This document shows positions 11,534 to 21,752 of a stretch of DNA of 64,000 bases, piece by piece (the stretch's first letter is position 1; each line of letters begins with the position of its first letter). A model generated the notes under the pieces. It saw nothing but the letters and a program-made list of their open reading frames with translations. It ran no database searches and was not told the origin of the DNA. Source of the DNA: Actinomycetota bacterium (GTDB lineage Bacteria; Actinomycetota; Actinomycetes; S36-B12); the NCBI GenBank assembly GCA_017856385.1, contig JAFMFD010000002.1, positions 13,839 through 77,838 on the forward strand. Direction: 5' to 3'. Position numbers and translations under genes: made by a program.

Positions 11534-12769
11534 GTGTGCGCCGTGGTCGCTATCGCTTCTCGCACGCTGCTCATCACCCTGTCGGGGAAGGATCGGCCCG
11601 GCGTCACCCGGACGCTCTTCCGCGCCCTCGCCGACCACCCCGTCCAGGTCATCGACGTGGAGCAGATCGTCGTGCGCGGTCGACTCGTGCTGGCCGTTCT
11701 CGTCGGGGTGACAACCCAGGACGGGGACCTCACCGGTGCCGAGGCCGCAGCGGTCGCCGTCGGCGAAGCCCTGGGCATGGACGTGGCGATCCAGCTGGGG
11801 GCCGACGAGGACAGCGAGCGCCGTCGCCACCGGATCCACGTGACAATCATGGGCGCCCCGCTGCTCCCGGCCGCTGTGGCCGAGGTGACGTCGGTCCTCG
11901 CAGAGCGAGGGCTGAACATCGACCGCATCCGGCGCATCGCGTCCTATCCCGTGACGGCCCTGGAGTTCCAGGGGTCCGGGCCCGGGGTCGAGGCGCTCCG
12001 CCGTCCGCTCGTGGAGGCCGCCGCGCTGCACGGTGCGGACGTCGCGGTGCAGGCCGCAGGACTCGGACGGCGCGGGCAGCACCTCGTCGTCATGGACGTC
12101 GACTCGACTTTCATCCAGGACGAGGTCATCGACCTGCTCGCCGAGGAAGCCGGGCAGCTCGACGCTGTCGCCGCCATCACCGAGCGGGCCATGGCCGGCG
12201 AGCTCGACTTCACCGAAAGCCTGCGCGAACGGGTCGGCCTCCTCGCGGGCCTGCCCGCCGATGCCCTCGTGCGCGTCCGGAACCGCATCACGCCGACGCC
12301 GGGCGCTCGGACGCTGTGCCGCACACTGAACCGCCTCGGGTACCGCATCGTGCTCGTGTCCGGTGGCTTCACCGAGATCATCGCGCCGCTCGCCGCCGAC
12401 CTCGGGGTCGACGATGTCCGGGCCAACACCCTCGAGGTCGTGGACGGGGTGCTCACCGGCCGCGTGGTCGGGCCGATCATCGACCGCGCGGCCAAGGGGC
12501 GTGCGCTCGTCGAGTGCGCGAACGAGTACGGCATCCCGCTAGGCCGCACCATCGCCATCGGCGACGGCGCCAACGACATCGACATGATCGAGGCCGCGGG
12601 CCTGGGCATCGCCTTCAACGCCAAGGCGGCGGCGCGTGCGGCCGCGGACACAGCCGTCAACGTGCCCTACCTCGACAGCGTCCTGTTCCTGATGGGGATC
12701 ACCCGCGAGGAGATCGAATCCGCGGATGAGCTCGACGGCATCAGCCCCGCGGAATCCCGAAGGACGTGA
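11534..12769 (+). CDS. serB: Phosphoserine phosphatase with N-terminal ACT-like domains (SerB2 type)
   Basis: 411 aa. HAD motif VVMDVDSTFIQDEVIDLLA and GDGANDIDM. The N-terminal regulatory region is LLITLSGKDRPGVT. Confidence 0.9.
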   Translation: MCAVVAIASRTLLITLSGKDRPGVTRTLFRALADHPVQVIDVEQIVVRGRLVLAVLVGVTTQDGDLTGAEAAAVAVGEALGMDVAIQLGADEDSERRRHRIHVTIMGAPLLPAAVAEVTSVLAERGLNIDRIRRIASYPVTALEFQGSGPGVEALRRPLVEAAALHGADVAVQAAGLGRRGQHLVVMDVDSTFIQDEVIDLLAEEAGQLDAVAAITERAMAGELDFTESLRERVGLLAGLPADALVRVRNRITPTPGARTLCRTLNRLGYRIVLVSGGFTEIIAPLAADLGVDDVRANTLEVVDGVLTGRVVGPIIDRAAKGRALVECANEYGIPLGRTIAIGDGANDIDMIEAAGLGIAFNAKAAARAAADTAVNVPYLDSVLFLMGITREEIESADELDGISPAESRRT

Positions 12770-13274
12770 CCTCGAACGTCCCGCGCCCGGCAACCGCATC
12801 GCGCCACGGAAGGTCGGTGACGAGGACGGCGACAGCGCTGGTCGGAAGGCGCTCGGCAGCCTGCGAATGCAGGGCGGATGCCGCTCCGAGCTCGACGATC
12901 AGGTCATGCGTACCGGGGTTGTGGCCCACCATCACGAGCGTGGATCCCTCGCCGATCCCGTCAGCCTCGTCCAGGACCCTGCGCAAGCGCTGGCTCGGCG
13001 CCTCGTAGATCGCGCTCTCGGTCGTGGCCCTCACGTCTGCCCACGGCAGGGGCAGGACGGACTGCATCGCGGCCCACGTCTGCTGGGTGCGCACGGCGCT
13101 CGAGACGAGCACGACGGCCTGCTCGGCCGACTCCAGCGGAACATTCTCGGCGAGCCAGTGACCGATCATCGGAGCGTCGCGGCGCCCTCGCGCATTGAGG
13201 GGTCGGTCATGGTCGATGACGCCCGGCGGGTAGTCGCTCTTGGCGTGACGCACGAGGACGAGTCGGATGCCCAT
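12741..13274 (-). CDS. Histidine phosphatase family protein (SixA-like)
   Basis: Start MGIRLVLVRHAKS carries the RHx catalytic motif; later VMVGHNPG. ATG 13274 overlaps the fabI stop by 1 nt. The longer ORF extension in the track is Arg/Gly-rich junk. Confidence 0.85.
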   Translation of the reverse strand: MGIRLVLVRHAKSDYPPGVIDHDRPLNARGRRDAPMIGHWLAENVPLESAEQAVVLVSSAVRTQQTWAAMQSVLPLPWADVRATTESAIYEAPSQRLRRVLDEADGIGEGSTLVMVGHNPGTHDLIVELGAASALHSQAAERLPTSAVAVLVTDLPWRDAVAGRGTFEVTSFGIPRG

Positions 13275-14041
13275 CACGCACCCTGCGAGTGCACCCCGCC
13301 ATCGACATGGATGATCTCGCCGGTGGTGGCGGGAAACCAGTCGGACAGCAGCGCGACGCACGCCTGCGCGGCGGGTACCGGATCGTCGAGGTCCCAGCCG
13401 AGCGGCGCACGCGTGCCCCACACCTGCTCGAAGTCCTCGAATCCGGGGATGCTCTTGGCTGCCATGGTGCGGATGGGACCGGCCGCGACCAGGTTGACCC
13501 GAATGCCCTCCGGGCCCAGGTCGCGCGCCAGGTAGCGGGCGGTGCTCTCGAACGCGGCCTTGGCCACACCCATCCAGTCGTACTTGGGCCACGCGACCGT
13601 CGCGTCGAAGTCCAGTCCCACGATCGACCCCCCGCGCCCCAGGAGCGGACGGGCCGCCACGGCGAGGGCCTTCAGCGAGTACGCCGACACGTGCACCGCG
13701 GTCGCGACGTCGTCCCATGGCGTGGTGAGGAAGCGGCCGCCGAGCGCGGACTCCGGCGCGAAGCCGATCGAGTGGAGCACGCCGTCGAGAGCGGGAACGT
13801 GCTCACGCACCCGGTCAGCGAGCGCGTCCAGGTCCTCGGTGCTCGTCACGTCGAGCTCGATCATCGGCGGTGGCTCCGGCAGGCGACCGGCCGACCGCCT
13901 CGTCAGCCCCATGGTCCGGCCGAACGAGCTGAGGAGCACCGTGGCCCCCTGCTCCTGGGCGAGCCGGGCCACCTGGAAGGCGATGGACTGGTCGGTGAGC
14001 ACCCCGGTGATGAGGATGCGCTTGCCCTCGAGCAGGCCCAT
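13274..14041 (-). CDS. fabI: Enoyl-[acyl-carrier-protein] reductase (NADH), FabI/InhA type
   Basis: MGLLEGKRILITGV...SIGFAP...YDWMGVAKAAFES is InhA-like. It lies downstream of fabG, as in the mabA-inhA arrangement. Confidence 0.9.
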   Translation of the reverse strand: MGLLEGKRILITGVLTDQSIAFQVARLAQEQGATVLLSSFGRTMGLTRRSAGRLPEPPPMIELDVTSTEDLDALADRVREHVPALDGVLHSIGFAPESALGGRFLTTPWDDVATAVHVSAYSLKALAVAARPLLGRGGSIVGLDFDATVAWPKYDWMGVAKAAFESTARYLARDLGPEGIRVNLVAAGPIRTMAAKSIPGFEDFEQVWGTRAPLGWDLDDPVPAAQACVALLSDWFPATTGEIIHVDGGVHSQGA

Positions 14042-14108
14042 GACGCTCCCTTGCGTGTCGAAGTGCGGGTCGTTTGCCGTGCCTGGCGCGACTGCCGTGC
14101 GCAGGGCT

Positions 14109-14807
14109 TCAGTGCCCCATGCCGAGGCCACCATCCACGGGGATCACCGCACCGGTGATGTAGCTGGCGTGGGCGAGGAACGACACCGCGTCGGCAATCT
14201 CCGCGGCCTGAGCATAACGACCCAGGGGGATGCCGGTGAGGATCGACGACCGCGTCTCATCGTCGAGGACTGCGGTCATGTCGGTCTCGACGAAGCCCGG
14301 GGCGATGACGTTGACCCGGATGCCGCGGGAGCCCACCTCACGGGCGAGGGATCGAGCGGCGCCGACGAGGCCGGCCTTGGATGCGGCATAGTTCACCTGG
14401 CCGCTCGAGCCCAGCGCCCACACCACCGAGCCCATGAAGATCACGCATCCGCCCTTGGCGCGGATCATCCCCTTCATCGCCCGGCGGGCGAGGCGGATTG
14501 AGCCGGCGAGGTTCGCCTGCAGCACCTCGTCGATGTCCTCGTCAGACATCCGCATCAGCAGCGTGTCGCGGGTGATCCCGGCATTGGCGACCAGCAGCGT
14601 CACGGCACCGAACCGCTCCTCCACCTCGGTGAACGCGCGGTCGATGGACTGCGGATCCCGCACGTCGAGGACAACGGCGGGCAGACCGTCCGGCGCCTCC
14701 CCCGACCTCGTCCCGGCGACCACCGTGCAGCCGTCTGCGCGCAGGCGCTGGGCGGTAGCCAGCCCGATGCCGCGATTGGCCCCGGTGACAAGAGCGATGG
14801 TGTCCAT
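14109..14807 (-). CDS. fabG: 3-oxoacyl-[acyl-carrier-protein] reductase (FabG/MabA type)
   Basis: SDR motifs TGANRGIG and NYAASKAG. 232 aa. Confidence 0.9.
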   Translation of the reverse strand: MDTIALVTGANRGIGLATAQRLRADGCTVVAGTRSGEAPDGLPAVVLDVRDPQSIDRAFTEVEERFGAVTLLVANAGITRDTLLMRMSDEDIDEVLQANLAGSIRLARRAMKGMIRAKGGCVIFMGSVVWALGSSGQVNYAASKAGLVGAARSLAREVGSRGIRVNVIAPGFVETDMTAVLDDETRSSILTGIPLGRYAQAAEIADAVSFLAHASYITGAVIPVDGGLGMGH

Positions 14808-14844
14808 GGGTCTCCCTTCTGCGCGGGCGGATGGTCGCTGCGAT

Positions 14845-15057
14845 CTAGGCGTCGGGCAGACGCGAGCCGATCTTCACGGTGACCTGGAAGTGGTCCACCT
14901 TGCCATGGCGGACGTATCCGCGGATGCCGGTGACCTCAAACCAGTCCATATGCTCGATCGTCTCCCCTGCCCGAGCGACCGCGCTGGCGATGGCCTGGTC
15001 GATGCCCTCGGGCGACGTGCCCACCAGCTCGGTGAGGGCGTAGGTCCGGTCAGCCAT
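14845..15057 (-). CDS. Dodecin family flavin-binding protein
   Basis: 70 aa. MADRTYALTELVGTSPEGIDQAI...WFEVTGIRGYV...HFQVTVKIGSRL closely parallels known actinobacterial dodecins. The upstream ORF extension is rejected. Confidence 0.85.
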   Translation of the reverse strand: MADRTYALTELVGTSPEGIDQAIASAVARAGETIEHMDWFEVTGIRGYVRHGKVDHFQVTVKIGSRLPDA

Positions 15058-15144
15058 GGTTCCTCCTGTGACAGGGGCCCGGTTTCGGCCCGTGGCCGCT
15101 CGGCCGACCGAGCGGAGGTGCCCATCTTGTCCTACCGTGGTCCC

Positions 15145-15519
15145 ATGCCGAAGGGCGATCCCACTGACGTCTACACCATCACCGAGGCCCAGCGCGGCCT
15201 CAGTGACGAGCAGATGTCCCGCCAGCGCAAGTACCTGATCTCCATGGGCATCCGCACCGCCTGCGTGCTCGGCGCGATCTTCGTGCCCGGGTGGCCGCGC
15301 TGGGCCTTCATCGCCGGGGCGGTGATCCTGCCCTACCTCGCCGTGGTCATCGCGAATGCCGGCCGCGAGAACGACAAGCCGGGCGATGTCGGCGTGGCGG
15401 AGCAGCCCCGCGTGGCCCTCCCCTCGAGCCAGCACGTGCTCGATTCGACGCAGGCCCGCGCGTGGACCGAGGACGACAGCATCTGGCGTCCGGATGAGCC
15501 CCGGTCAGAGAACCGCTGA
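15145..15519 (+). CDS. DUF3099 domain membrane protein
   Basis: The start is at MPKGDPTDVYTITEAQRGLSDEQMSRQRKYLISMGIRT. Two TM helices follow. It is divergent from the dodecin gene. Confidence 0.75.
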   Translation: MPKGDPTDVYTITEAQRGLSDEQMSRQRKYLISMGIRTACVLGAIFVPGWPRWAFIAGAVILPYLAVVIANAGRENDKPGDVGVAEQPRVALPSSQHVLDSTQARAWTEDDSIWRPDEPRSENR

Positions 15520-15546
15520 CGGCAAGCGCCCGCATAGGCTGAGGTC

Positions 15547-16329
15547 ATGATCGGGCCGCTGCTGCGCACGCGGCGGTGGATCGGTTTCACCGTTCTCGTC
15601 GCCGTCTCCATCACCGCATTCGGGGTGCTGAGCGCATGGCAGTGGAGCCGCGCCGAGGATCGTCGGACCGAACGCGAGAGCCTTCAGGCGCTGAGCGAGG
15701 CCGCGCCTATACGCCTCACCGACGTAGCCGCGGGGCTGGCCGAGTGGACGGCCGTCGAAGTGAGCGGCACCTACGGCAGCGAGCAGGTCGTGGTACGCAA
15801 GAGACCCTTCCAGGCGCAGAACGGCTTCTGGGTGATGGCGCCACTCCGGCACAGCAGCGGGACCGTGTGGGTCAATCGCGGCTGGATCCCGGTGACTGCT
15901 GATGCCCTGGCCACGCCCGACATCCCACCTCCCCCCGCCGGCGTCGTCGAGGTCATCGGATACCTGCGGACGTTCGAGGAGGCCGACCCCTCTGACAATG
16001 AGGGCCTTCCGGATCTCCAGATTGCGGCCCCGGCACCCGTGCTCCTTCCCGACGTCGACGCCGACCCGGGCGGCTACGTCCAGGCGCGCACGTCCCAACC
16101 CGCCGATGATGGGGTGGTCGCGCTGTCCCCGCCCGAGATCGACGAGGGCCGGAACATCTCCTATGCGGTTCAGTGGGCGCTCTTCGCGCTGGTGGCCATC
16201 TGCGGCTGGTACTACTTCCTGCGCCGTGAGGCGCGGGAGGACGTCCCGGCCGCGCGAATCGGGGGCACAGACCCATCGGACGCGGCCGCGGCCACGACTG
16301 CGGGACGAGCAGGAAGGGCCGGAGGGTAG
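15547..16329 (+). CDS. SURF1 family (cytochrome oxidase assembly) protein
   Basis: 260 aa with an N-terminal TM segment. WQWSRAE...GFWVMAPL...VWVNRGWIP is a SURF1 signature. Confidence 0.85.
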   Translation: MIGPLLRTRRWIGFTVLVAVSITAFGVLSAWQWSRAEDRRTERESLQALSEAAPIRLTDVAAGLAEWTAVEVSGTYGSEQVVVRKRPFQAQNGFWVMAPLRHSSGTVWVNRGWIPVTADALATPDIPPPPAGVVEVIGYLRTFEEADPSDNEGLPDLQIAAPAPVLLPDVDADPGGYVQARTSQPADDGVVALSPPEIDEGRNISYAVQWALFALVAICGWYYFLRREAREDVPAARIGGTDPSDAAAATTAGRAGRAGG

Positions 16330-16331
16330 CC

Positions 16332-17102
16332 GTGGACCTCGGTCTCGCCGAACGCGTCTTCCTCGTGACGGGTGGCACCTCGGGGCTGGGCCGCGCGACC
16401 GCGGAGGCCCTGGTCGCCGAGGGTGCCCGCGTGGTGGTGATCGCCCGCACGCCCGAGGCGATCGACGACGCTGCCCGGGCGATGGGCGAGCATGCGGTCG
16501 GACTGCCCGGCGACCTCGCGGACCCCGATCTGCCGGACCGTGCCGTGCGCACCGCGCTGGAGTCGTTCGGGCGGCTCGACGGCGCGCTGCTCAGCACGGG
16601 CGGACCCCCTCCCGGCTCCGTATTGACCACAACCGACGAGCAGTGGGATCGCGCGTGGGAGTCGGTATTCCTCGGGACCTTGCGCATGATGCGCGCCGTC
16701 GTCTCGGGGATCCGTACGTCGGGCACGAGTGAAGGTGCGGCGATCGCCGTGGTCCTGTCGACCTCCGCCATCGAGGTCTTCCCCGGACTGACGGCGAGCA
16801 ACGGACTCCGGCCCGGCCTGTCGATGCTCGTCAAGGACCTCGCGGACGAGGTCGGGCCAGAGGGCATCCGTGTGCTCGGCCTGCTCCCGGGGAGGATCGC
16901 CACCGGCCGGCTCCGGGCCCTCGACGAGGCCTCCGGGGACCCGGCCGCCGCTCGGGCGCGGGCAGAGGCCGCGATCCCGCTCCGGAGGTACGGGACGCCC
17001 GAGGAGTTCGGGCGCGTAGCGGCATTCGCGCTCAGTCCCGCAGCGGGCTACCTGACCGGCTCGCTGGTGCGCGTGGACGGCGGCAGCACCCGCAGCCTGT
17101 GA
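16332..17102 (+). CDS. SDR family oxidoreductase
   Basis: GTG start. VTGGTSGLGRA Rossmann motif. 256 aa. Confidence 0.85.
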   Translation: MDLGLAERVFLVTGGTSGLGRATAEALVAEGARVVVIARTPEAIDDAARAMGEHAVGLPGDLADPDLPDRAVRTALESFGRLDGALLSTGGPPPGSVLTTTDEQWDRAWESVFLGTLRMMRAVVSGIRTSGTSEGAAIAVVLSTSAIEVFPGLTASNGLRPGLSMLVKDLADEVGPEGIRVLGLLPGRIATGRLRALDEASGDPAAARARAEAAIPLRRYGTPEEFGRVAAFALSPAAGYLTGSLVRVDGGSTRSL

Positions 17103-18980
17103 TCAGTCGGTGAGCGCCGCCTCGCTGAACTGCGTCTGGTGGAGGTCCGCGTACAGCCCCCCTGCCGCGAGCAGTTCCGCGTGCCTACCCTGCTCCACCA
17201 CCCGACCGGAGTCGATGACGAGGATCTGGTCGGCACGGCGGATGGTGCTCAGGCGATGCGCGATGACGAGCGAGGTCCTGCCCTGCAGTGCCGTGTCGAG
17301 CGCACGCTGAACAGCGGCTTCGCTCTCGCTGTCGAGGTGGGCGGTCGCCTCGTCCAGGATGACGACGCGTGGCGCCTTGAGCAGCAGGCGCGCAAGTGCG
17401 ATGCGCTGCTTCTCCCCGCCAGAGAGCCGATGGCCGCGGTCGCCCACCACCGTGTCGAGCCCGTCCGGCAGCAGCGCGATCAGGTCGCCGATCTGGGCGG
17501 CCGCGCAGGCCTGCAGCAGCTCGGCCTCGGTGGCGTCCGGGCGGGCATACAGCAGGTTCGCGCGGATCGTGTCGTGGAACATGTGGGAGTCCTGCGTGAC
17601 GACTCCGATGGCGTCGCGCAGCGAGTCCGTCGTGACCTCGCGGATGTCGAGGCCGCCGATGAGGATGCGGCCCGACGTCGGGTCGTACAGGCGCGACAGC
17701 AGCGCCGTGATCGTCGTCTTGCCCGCTCCCGAGGGCCCGACGAGTGCGGTGAGGGAGCCCGCAGCAGCATGGAAGGACAGCGATGCCAGGACGTCCTCCC
17801 CCGGCAGCTCCGCGGATTCGCGGGCGACCGACTCCAGCGAGGCAAGTGAGACCTCCGACGGCTGCGGATAGCGGAACGAGACGTCGTCGAACCGGACGTC
17901 CAACGGCCCTTCGGGCAGCGGCACCGCGTCGGGTGACTGCGCCACCATGGGCTGCAGGTCCAGCACCTCGAACACCCGCTCGAAGCTGACCAGCGCCGTC
18001 ATGACCTCGACCCGCACGTTCGACAGCGCGGTGAGGGGCCCGTAGAGCTGGGCCAGCAGCCCCACGAGGGCGAGCAGGGTGCCGATGGTGAGCACCCCGG
18101 AGATCACCAGGTTGCCGCCGAGTCCGTAGACGATGGCCGTGGCGAGGGACGCGATCAGGGCCAGACCGGTGAAGAACCAGCGGTTGGCCATCGCCATACG
18201 GATGCCAATGTCGCGCACCCGCTCTGCGCGGGCCGAGAAGGCGGCGGTCTCCGCGTTCGGGCGTCCGAACAGTTTCACCAGCAGGGCGCCGGCGACGTTG
18301 AACCGCTCGGTCATTTGCGTGCTCATGTCGGCGTTCAGGCTCATCTGCTCGCGTGTCAGAGACTGTAGGCGCCGGCCCATCCAGCGTGCCGGGATGAGGA
18401 AGACCGGCACGAGGATCAGGGACACGAGGGTCACCTGCCATGAGAGTACGAACATCGCGACGAGCACGATGGTCGCGCTGATCAGGTTGCCCAGAACACC
18501 GCCAAGGGTGGATGTGAAGGCCTGCTGCGCACCGATGACGTCGCTGTTCAGCCTCGAGATGAGCGCACCGGTCTGCGCCCGCGTGAAGAACGCGATCGAC
18601 TGACGCTGCACGTGGTCGTACACCTCGGTCCGCAGGTCGAAGATCAGACCCTCACCGATGCGGGAGGAGTAGTAGCGGCTGACCAGCCCGAGGCCAGCGT
18701 CGACGATGGCCAGGAGCGCCATCAGGGCGGCCGTCGTCGTCACGACCCACGCATTGCCCTGCCCGATGCCGTCGTCGACCAACCTGGGGACGAGCAGCGG
18801 CTGGGCCACGCTCAGCAGCGAGACAAGGACGAGGGTGACGAGGTAGAACGCGATGATTCCCCGGTAGCGGCCCGCGTAGCCGAGGATCCGGCGGATGACG
18901 GTCCGGTCGATGCGCCGGTCCGAGACGCTCCGGTCGCGCGTCATCGCCCGGTACGTCATCCAGGCGCCCTCGTGCGACAC
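17103..18980 (-). CDS. ABC transporter ATP-binding/permease fusion protein (exporter, MsbA/MdlB-like)
   Basis: 625 aa with six N-terminal TM helices. Motifs GPSGAGKTT, LSGGEKQRIALARLLL and VILDEATAHLD. The start is uncertain (GTG 18980 or an internal ATG). Confidence 0.9.
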   Translation of the reverse strand: MSHEGAWMTYRAMTRDRSVSDRRIDRTVIRRILGYAGRYRGIIAFYLVTLVLVSLLSVAQPLLVPRLVDDGIGQGNAWVVTTTAALMALLAIVDAGLGLVSRYYSSRIGEGLIFDLRTEVYDHVQRQSIAFFTRAQTGALISRLNSDVIGAQQAFTSTLGGVLGNLISATIVLVAMFVLSWQVTLVSLILVPVFLIPARWMGRRLQSLTREQMSLNADMSTQMTERFNVAGALLVKLFGRPNAETAAFSARAERVRDIGIRMAMANRWFFTGLALIASLATAIVYGLGGNLVISGVLTIGTLLALVGLLAQLYGPLTALSNVRVEVMTALVSFERVFEVLDLQPMVAQSPDAVPLPEGPLDVRFDDVSFRYPQPSEVSLASLESVARESAELPGEDVLASLSFHAAAGSLTALVGPSGAGKTTITALLSRLYDPTSGRILIGGLDIREVTTDSLRDAIGVVTQDSHMFHDTIRANLLYARPDATEAELLQACAAAQIGDLIALLPDGLDTVVGDRGHRLSGGEKQRIALARLLLKAPRVVILDEATAHLDSESEAAVQRALDTALQGRTSLVIAHRLSTIRRADQILVIDSGRVVEQGRHAELLAAGGLYADLHQTQFSEAALTD

Positions 18981-19753
18981 TACGCGCCGCCCAGCAGCGC
19001 CGACAGCTCGCGCAGGCGCCTCTTCTGCGCCTCGCGCTCCCGGGTCAGTTGCGCCGAATCGGACGTCGCTCCACGGAGCAGGGCCTTCACGTCACCGACG
19101 GCGCCCGGCAGGGCCGCGCGGATCGGTGCGCAGAGCTGGTCGAGGTACTGGCCCCATTCCTCGATGTCGACGACCGCGTTCGCCAGGCCGATCCGGTGCG
19201 CCTCCTCAGCGTCCACGTAGCGTCCGGTCGCGCAGATCTCCAGGGCACGCGCGTACCCGACGCGATCCACGAGCGGCCCGGTCCCTCCGAGGTCGGGCAC
19301 GAGCCCGAGTGATGTCTCGCGCATCGCGAAGAGGGCGTCGGGCGCGGCCACCAGCAGGTCGGCCGCCAGGGCCAGCTGGAACCCTGCGCCGATGGCATGG
19401 CCCTGCACCAGGGCGATGGTCACCTGCGGGACCTCGCCCCACCACGTGAAGGCCGACTGCGCCGCGGTGATCATGTCCTCGACCGCCTTGTCACCGCGCC
19501 CGACGAGGGACCACAGCGACTCCTCCCCCGGAACCCCCTCCGGCGTGAGCATCCGACGGTCGAGCCCGGCCGAGAAGCTCGGGCCCTGCCCGGTCAGCAG
19601 GATGAAACGAGTCTCGGGCCGGATGTCGTCACGCGCCTGCGCGAGGCGTCGCCAGGTGGCGGGTGACTGCGCATTGCGTGCAGACGGGTTCGCCAGCGTC
19701 ACGACCATCGTGTCAGCGCGATGCTCGACGAACACATCGACGTCCTCGTCCAT
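18980..19753 (-). CDS. Enoyl-CoA hydratase/isomerase (crotonase) family protein
   Basis: 257 aa. The crotonase-fold segment is ALVQGHAIGAGFQLALAADLLVA...ETSLGLVPDLGGT. Confidence 0.85.
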   Translation of the reverse strand: MDEDVDVFVEHRADTMVVTLANPSARNAQSPATWRRLAQARDDIRPETRFILLTGQGPSFSAGLDRRMLTPEGVPGEESLWSLVGRGDKAVEDMITAAQSAFTWWGEVPQVTIALVQGHAIGAGFQLALAADLLVAAPDALFAMRETSLGLVPDLGGTGPLVDRVGYARALEICATGRYVDAEEAHRIGLANAVVDIEEWGQYLDQLCAPIRAALPGAVGDVKALLRGATSDSAQLTREREAQKRRLRELSALLGGA

Positions 19754-19786
19754 GCCTCCTCCTCCGCTCCTCTGCAGACCCGCAGG

Positions 19787-21385
19787 TCAGGCCAGCTCGA
19801 CCAGCTCGGCGTAGTCTTCGTTCCACAGGTCCTCGTCGCCGTCAGGCAGGATCAGCACCCGTTCCGGGCCCAGGGCGGTGACCGCACCCGGGTCGTGCGT
19901 CACCAGGACTACGGCCCCCTCGTACCGCGTGAGCGCATCGAGCACCTCCTGGCGGCTCGCCGGATCGAGGTTGTTCGTCGGCTCGTCGAGCAGCAGCACG
20001 TTCGCGCCCGATACCACCAGGCAGGCCAGCGCGAGCCTGGTCTTCTCCCCGCCGGAGAGCACCGCGGTCGGCTTGTGCACCGCATCACCCTCGAACAGGA
20101 AGGATCCGAGCACGGTCCGCTGACGCGTGTCGTCCAGATGCGAACCGGCTCGCTGCATCGTCTCCAGAACCGTGGCCACCGGGTCCAGCGTCTCATGCTC
20201 CTGTGCGTAGTAGCCGATCACGGCACCGTGCCCCGGCGTCACCTCCCCCGTGTCGGGTGCGTCGACCCCCGCCAGGATCCGCAGGAGGGTCGTCTTGCCC
20301 GCGCCGTTCAGGCCCAGGATCACGACCCGGCTGCCACGGTCGATCGACAGGTCGACATCGGTGAAGACCTCGAGCGACCCGTACGTCCGGGACAGCTGCG
20401 AGGCGGACAGCGGCACGCGCCCGCACGGCTTGGGCTCGGGGAAGCGCAGGGCCGCTACCTTGTCGCGACGCCGGACCTGCTCCGTCCCGTCGAGCAGCCG
20501 GTCGGCCCGCTTGAACATGGTCTGTGCCGCCTTGGCTTTCGTCGCCTTCGCTCGCATGCGCTCCGCCTGAGACCGCAGCGCCTCGGCCTGCTGCTCGGCA
20601 TTGCGCCGCTCGCGCCGACGTCGCCGCTCGTCCGCCTCGCGTGCCGTGAGATAGGCCTTCCAGCCCATCGCGTAGACGTCCACCTCCTGCCGGTTCGCGT
20701 CGAGGTGCCACACCCGGTTGACCGTGTCCCCCAGCAGCTCGGTGTCGTGGCTGATGACGATAAAGCCGCCCTCATAGGTGCTCAGAAAGCCGCGCAGCCA
20801 GCGGATCGAATCGGCGTCGAGGTGGTTGGTCGGCTCGTCGAGAAGCAGCACGTCCGCAGACGAGAACAGGATGCGGGCGAGCTCGATCCTGCGGCGCTGG
20901 CCCCCGGAGAGGGTCCCGAGCTCCTGCTCGAGCACGCGCTCAGGCAGGCCGACGCTCGCCGCGATCGCCGCCGCCTGCGACTCGGCGGCGTAGCCGCCCA
21001 GTGACTCGAACTCCGCCTCGGCCCGCGCATACCGGGCGATGAGGCGATCCCGCTCGTCCGGATTCTCGGTGCCCATGCCCAGGCTCGCCTCGTGCATCCG
21101 GCGCATCGCCGACGCGAGGCCTCTGGCCGAGAGGATGCGGTCTCGCGCCCTCTCGCGCGGATCACCGGTGCGCGGGTCCTGCGGCAGGTAGCCCACGGTG
21201 CCGGACGACGTGACCTTCCCCGACGCAGGCATCGCCTCACCGGCGAGGATGCGCGTCAGCGTCGTCTTGCCCGCCCCGTTGCGCCCCACGAGCCCGATGC
21301 GGTCACCCCGCCCGACGCGCAGGCCGGTGCAGGTCAGCAGAAGGGAGGATCCCGCCCGCACCTCGAGGTCGGACGCGGCGATCAT
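19787..21385 (-). CDS. ABC-F family ATPase (two ABC domains, no TM domain)
   Basis: Two Walker A sites, GRNGAGKTT and GLNGAGKTT, with a charged linker region. 532 aa. Confidence 0.9.
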   Translation of the reverse strand: MIAASDLEVRAGSSLLLTCTGLRVGRGDRIGLVGRNGAGKTTLTRILAGEAMPASGKVTSSGTVGYLPQDPRTGDPRERARDRILSARGLASAMRRMHEASLGMGTENPDERDRLIARYARAEAEFESLGGYAAESQAAAIAASVGLPERVLEQELGTLSGGQRRRIELARILFSSADVLLLDEPTNHLDADSIRWLRGFLSTYEGGFIVISHDTELLGDTVNRVWHLDANRQEVDVYAMGWKAYLTAREADERRRRRERRNAEQQAEALRSQAERMRAKATKAKAAQTMFKRADRLLDGTEQVRRRDKVAALRFPEPKPCGRVPLSASQLSRTYGSLEVFTDVDLSIDRGSRVVILGLNGAGKTTLLRILAGVDAPDTGEVTPGHGAVIGYYAQEHETLDPVATVLETMQRAGSHLDDTRQRTVLGSFLFEGDAVHKPTAVLSGGEKTRLALACLVVSGANVLLLDEPTNNLDPASRQEVLDALTRYEGAVVLVTHDPGAVTALGPERVLILPDGDEDLWNEDYAELVELA

Positions 21386-21437
21386 GGCCCGGTCAGTCTA
21401 CGTCCCGGCCGGGCAGCGTCCTGCGCCGCGATCGACC

Positions 21438-21752
21438 TCAGACGTTGAACCCGAGGGCGCGGAGCATCTCCCGGCCGTCGTCGGTGATCTTGTCCGGGCC
21501 CCACGGCGGCATCCAGACCCAGTTGATCCGGAAGTCCGTGACGACGTCGGTCAGTGCCGAGCGCGTCTGGTCCTCGATGACGTCCGTCAGAGGGCAGGCG
21601 GCGCTCGTGAGCGTCATGTCGACCGTAGCGATGTTCGCCCCATCGACCTGGACGCCGTAGACGAGGCCGAGATCGACCACGTTGATCCCCAGCTCCGGGT
21701 CGACCACATCCTTCAGCGCCTCGATGACCTCGTCCTCGGTGGCCACGTCCAT
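21438..21752 (-). CDS. sufT: Fe-S cluster assembly protein SufT (DUF59/MIP18 family)
   Basis: MDVATEDEVIEALKDVVDPELGINVVDLGLVY...TLTSAACPL. ATG 21752 overlaps the sufU stop by 1 nt. Confidence 0.85.
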   Translation of the reverse strand: MDVATEDEVIEALKDVVDPELGINVVDLGLVYGVQVDGANIATVDMTLTSAACPLTDVIEDQTRSALTDVVTDFRINWVWMPPWGPDKITDDGREMLRALGFNV

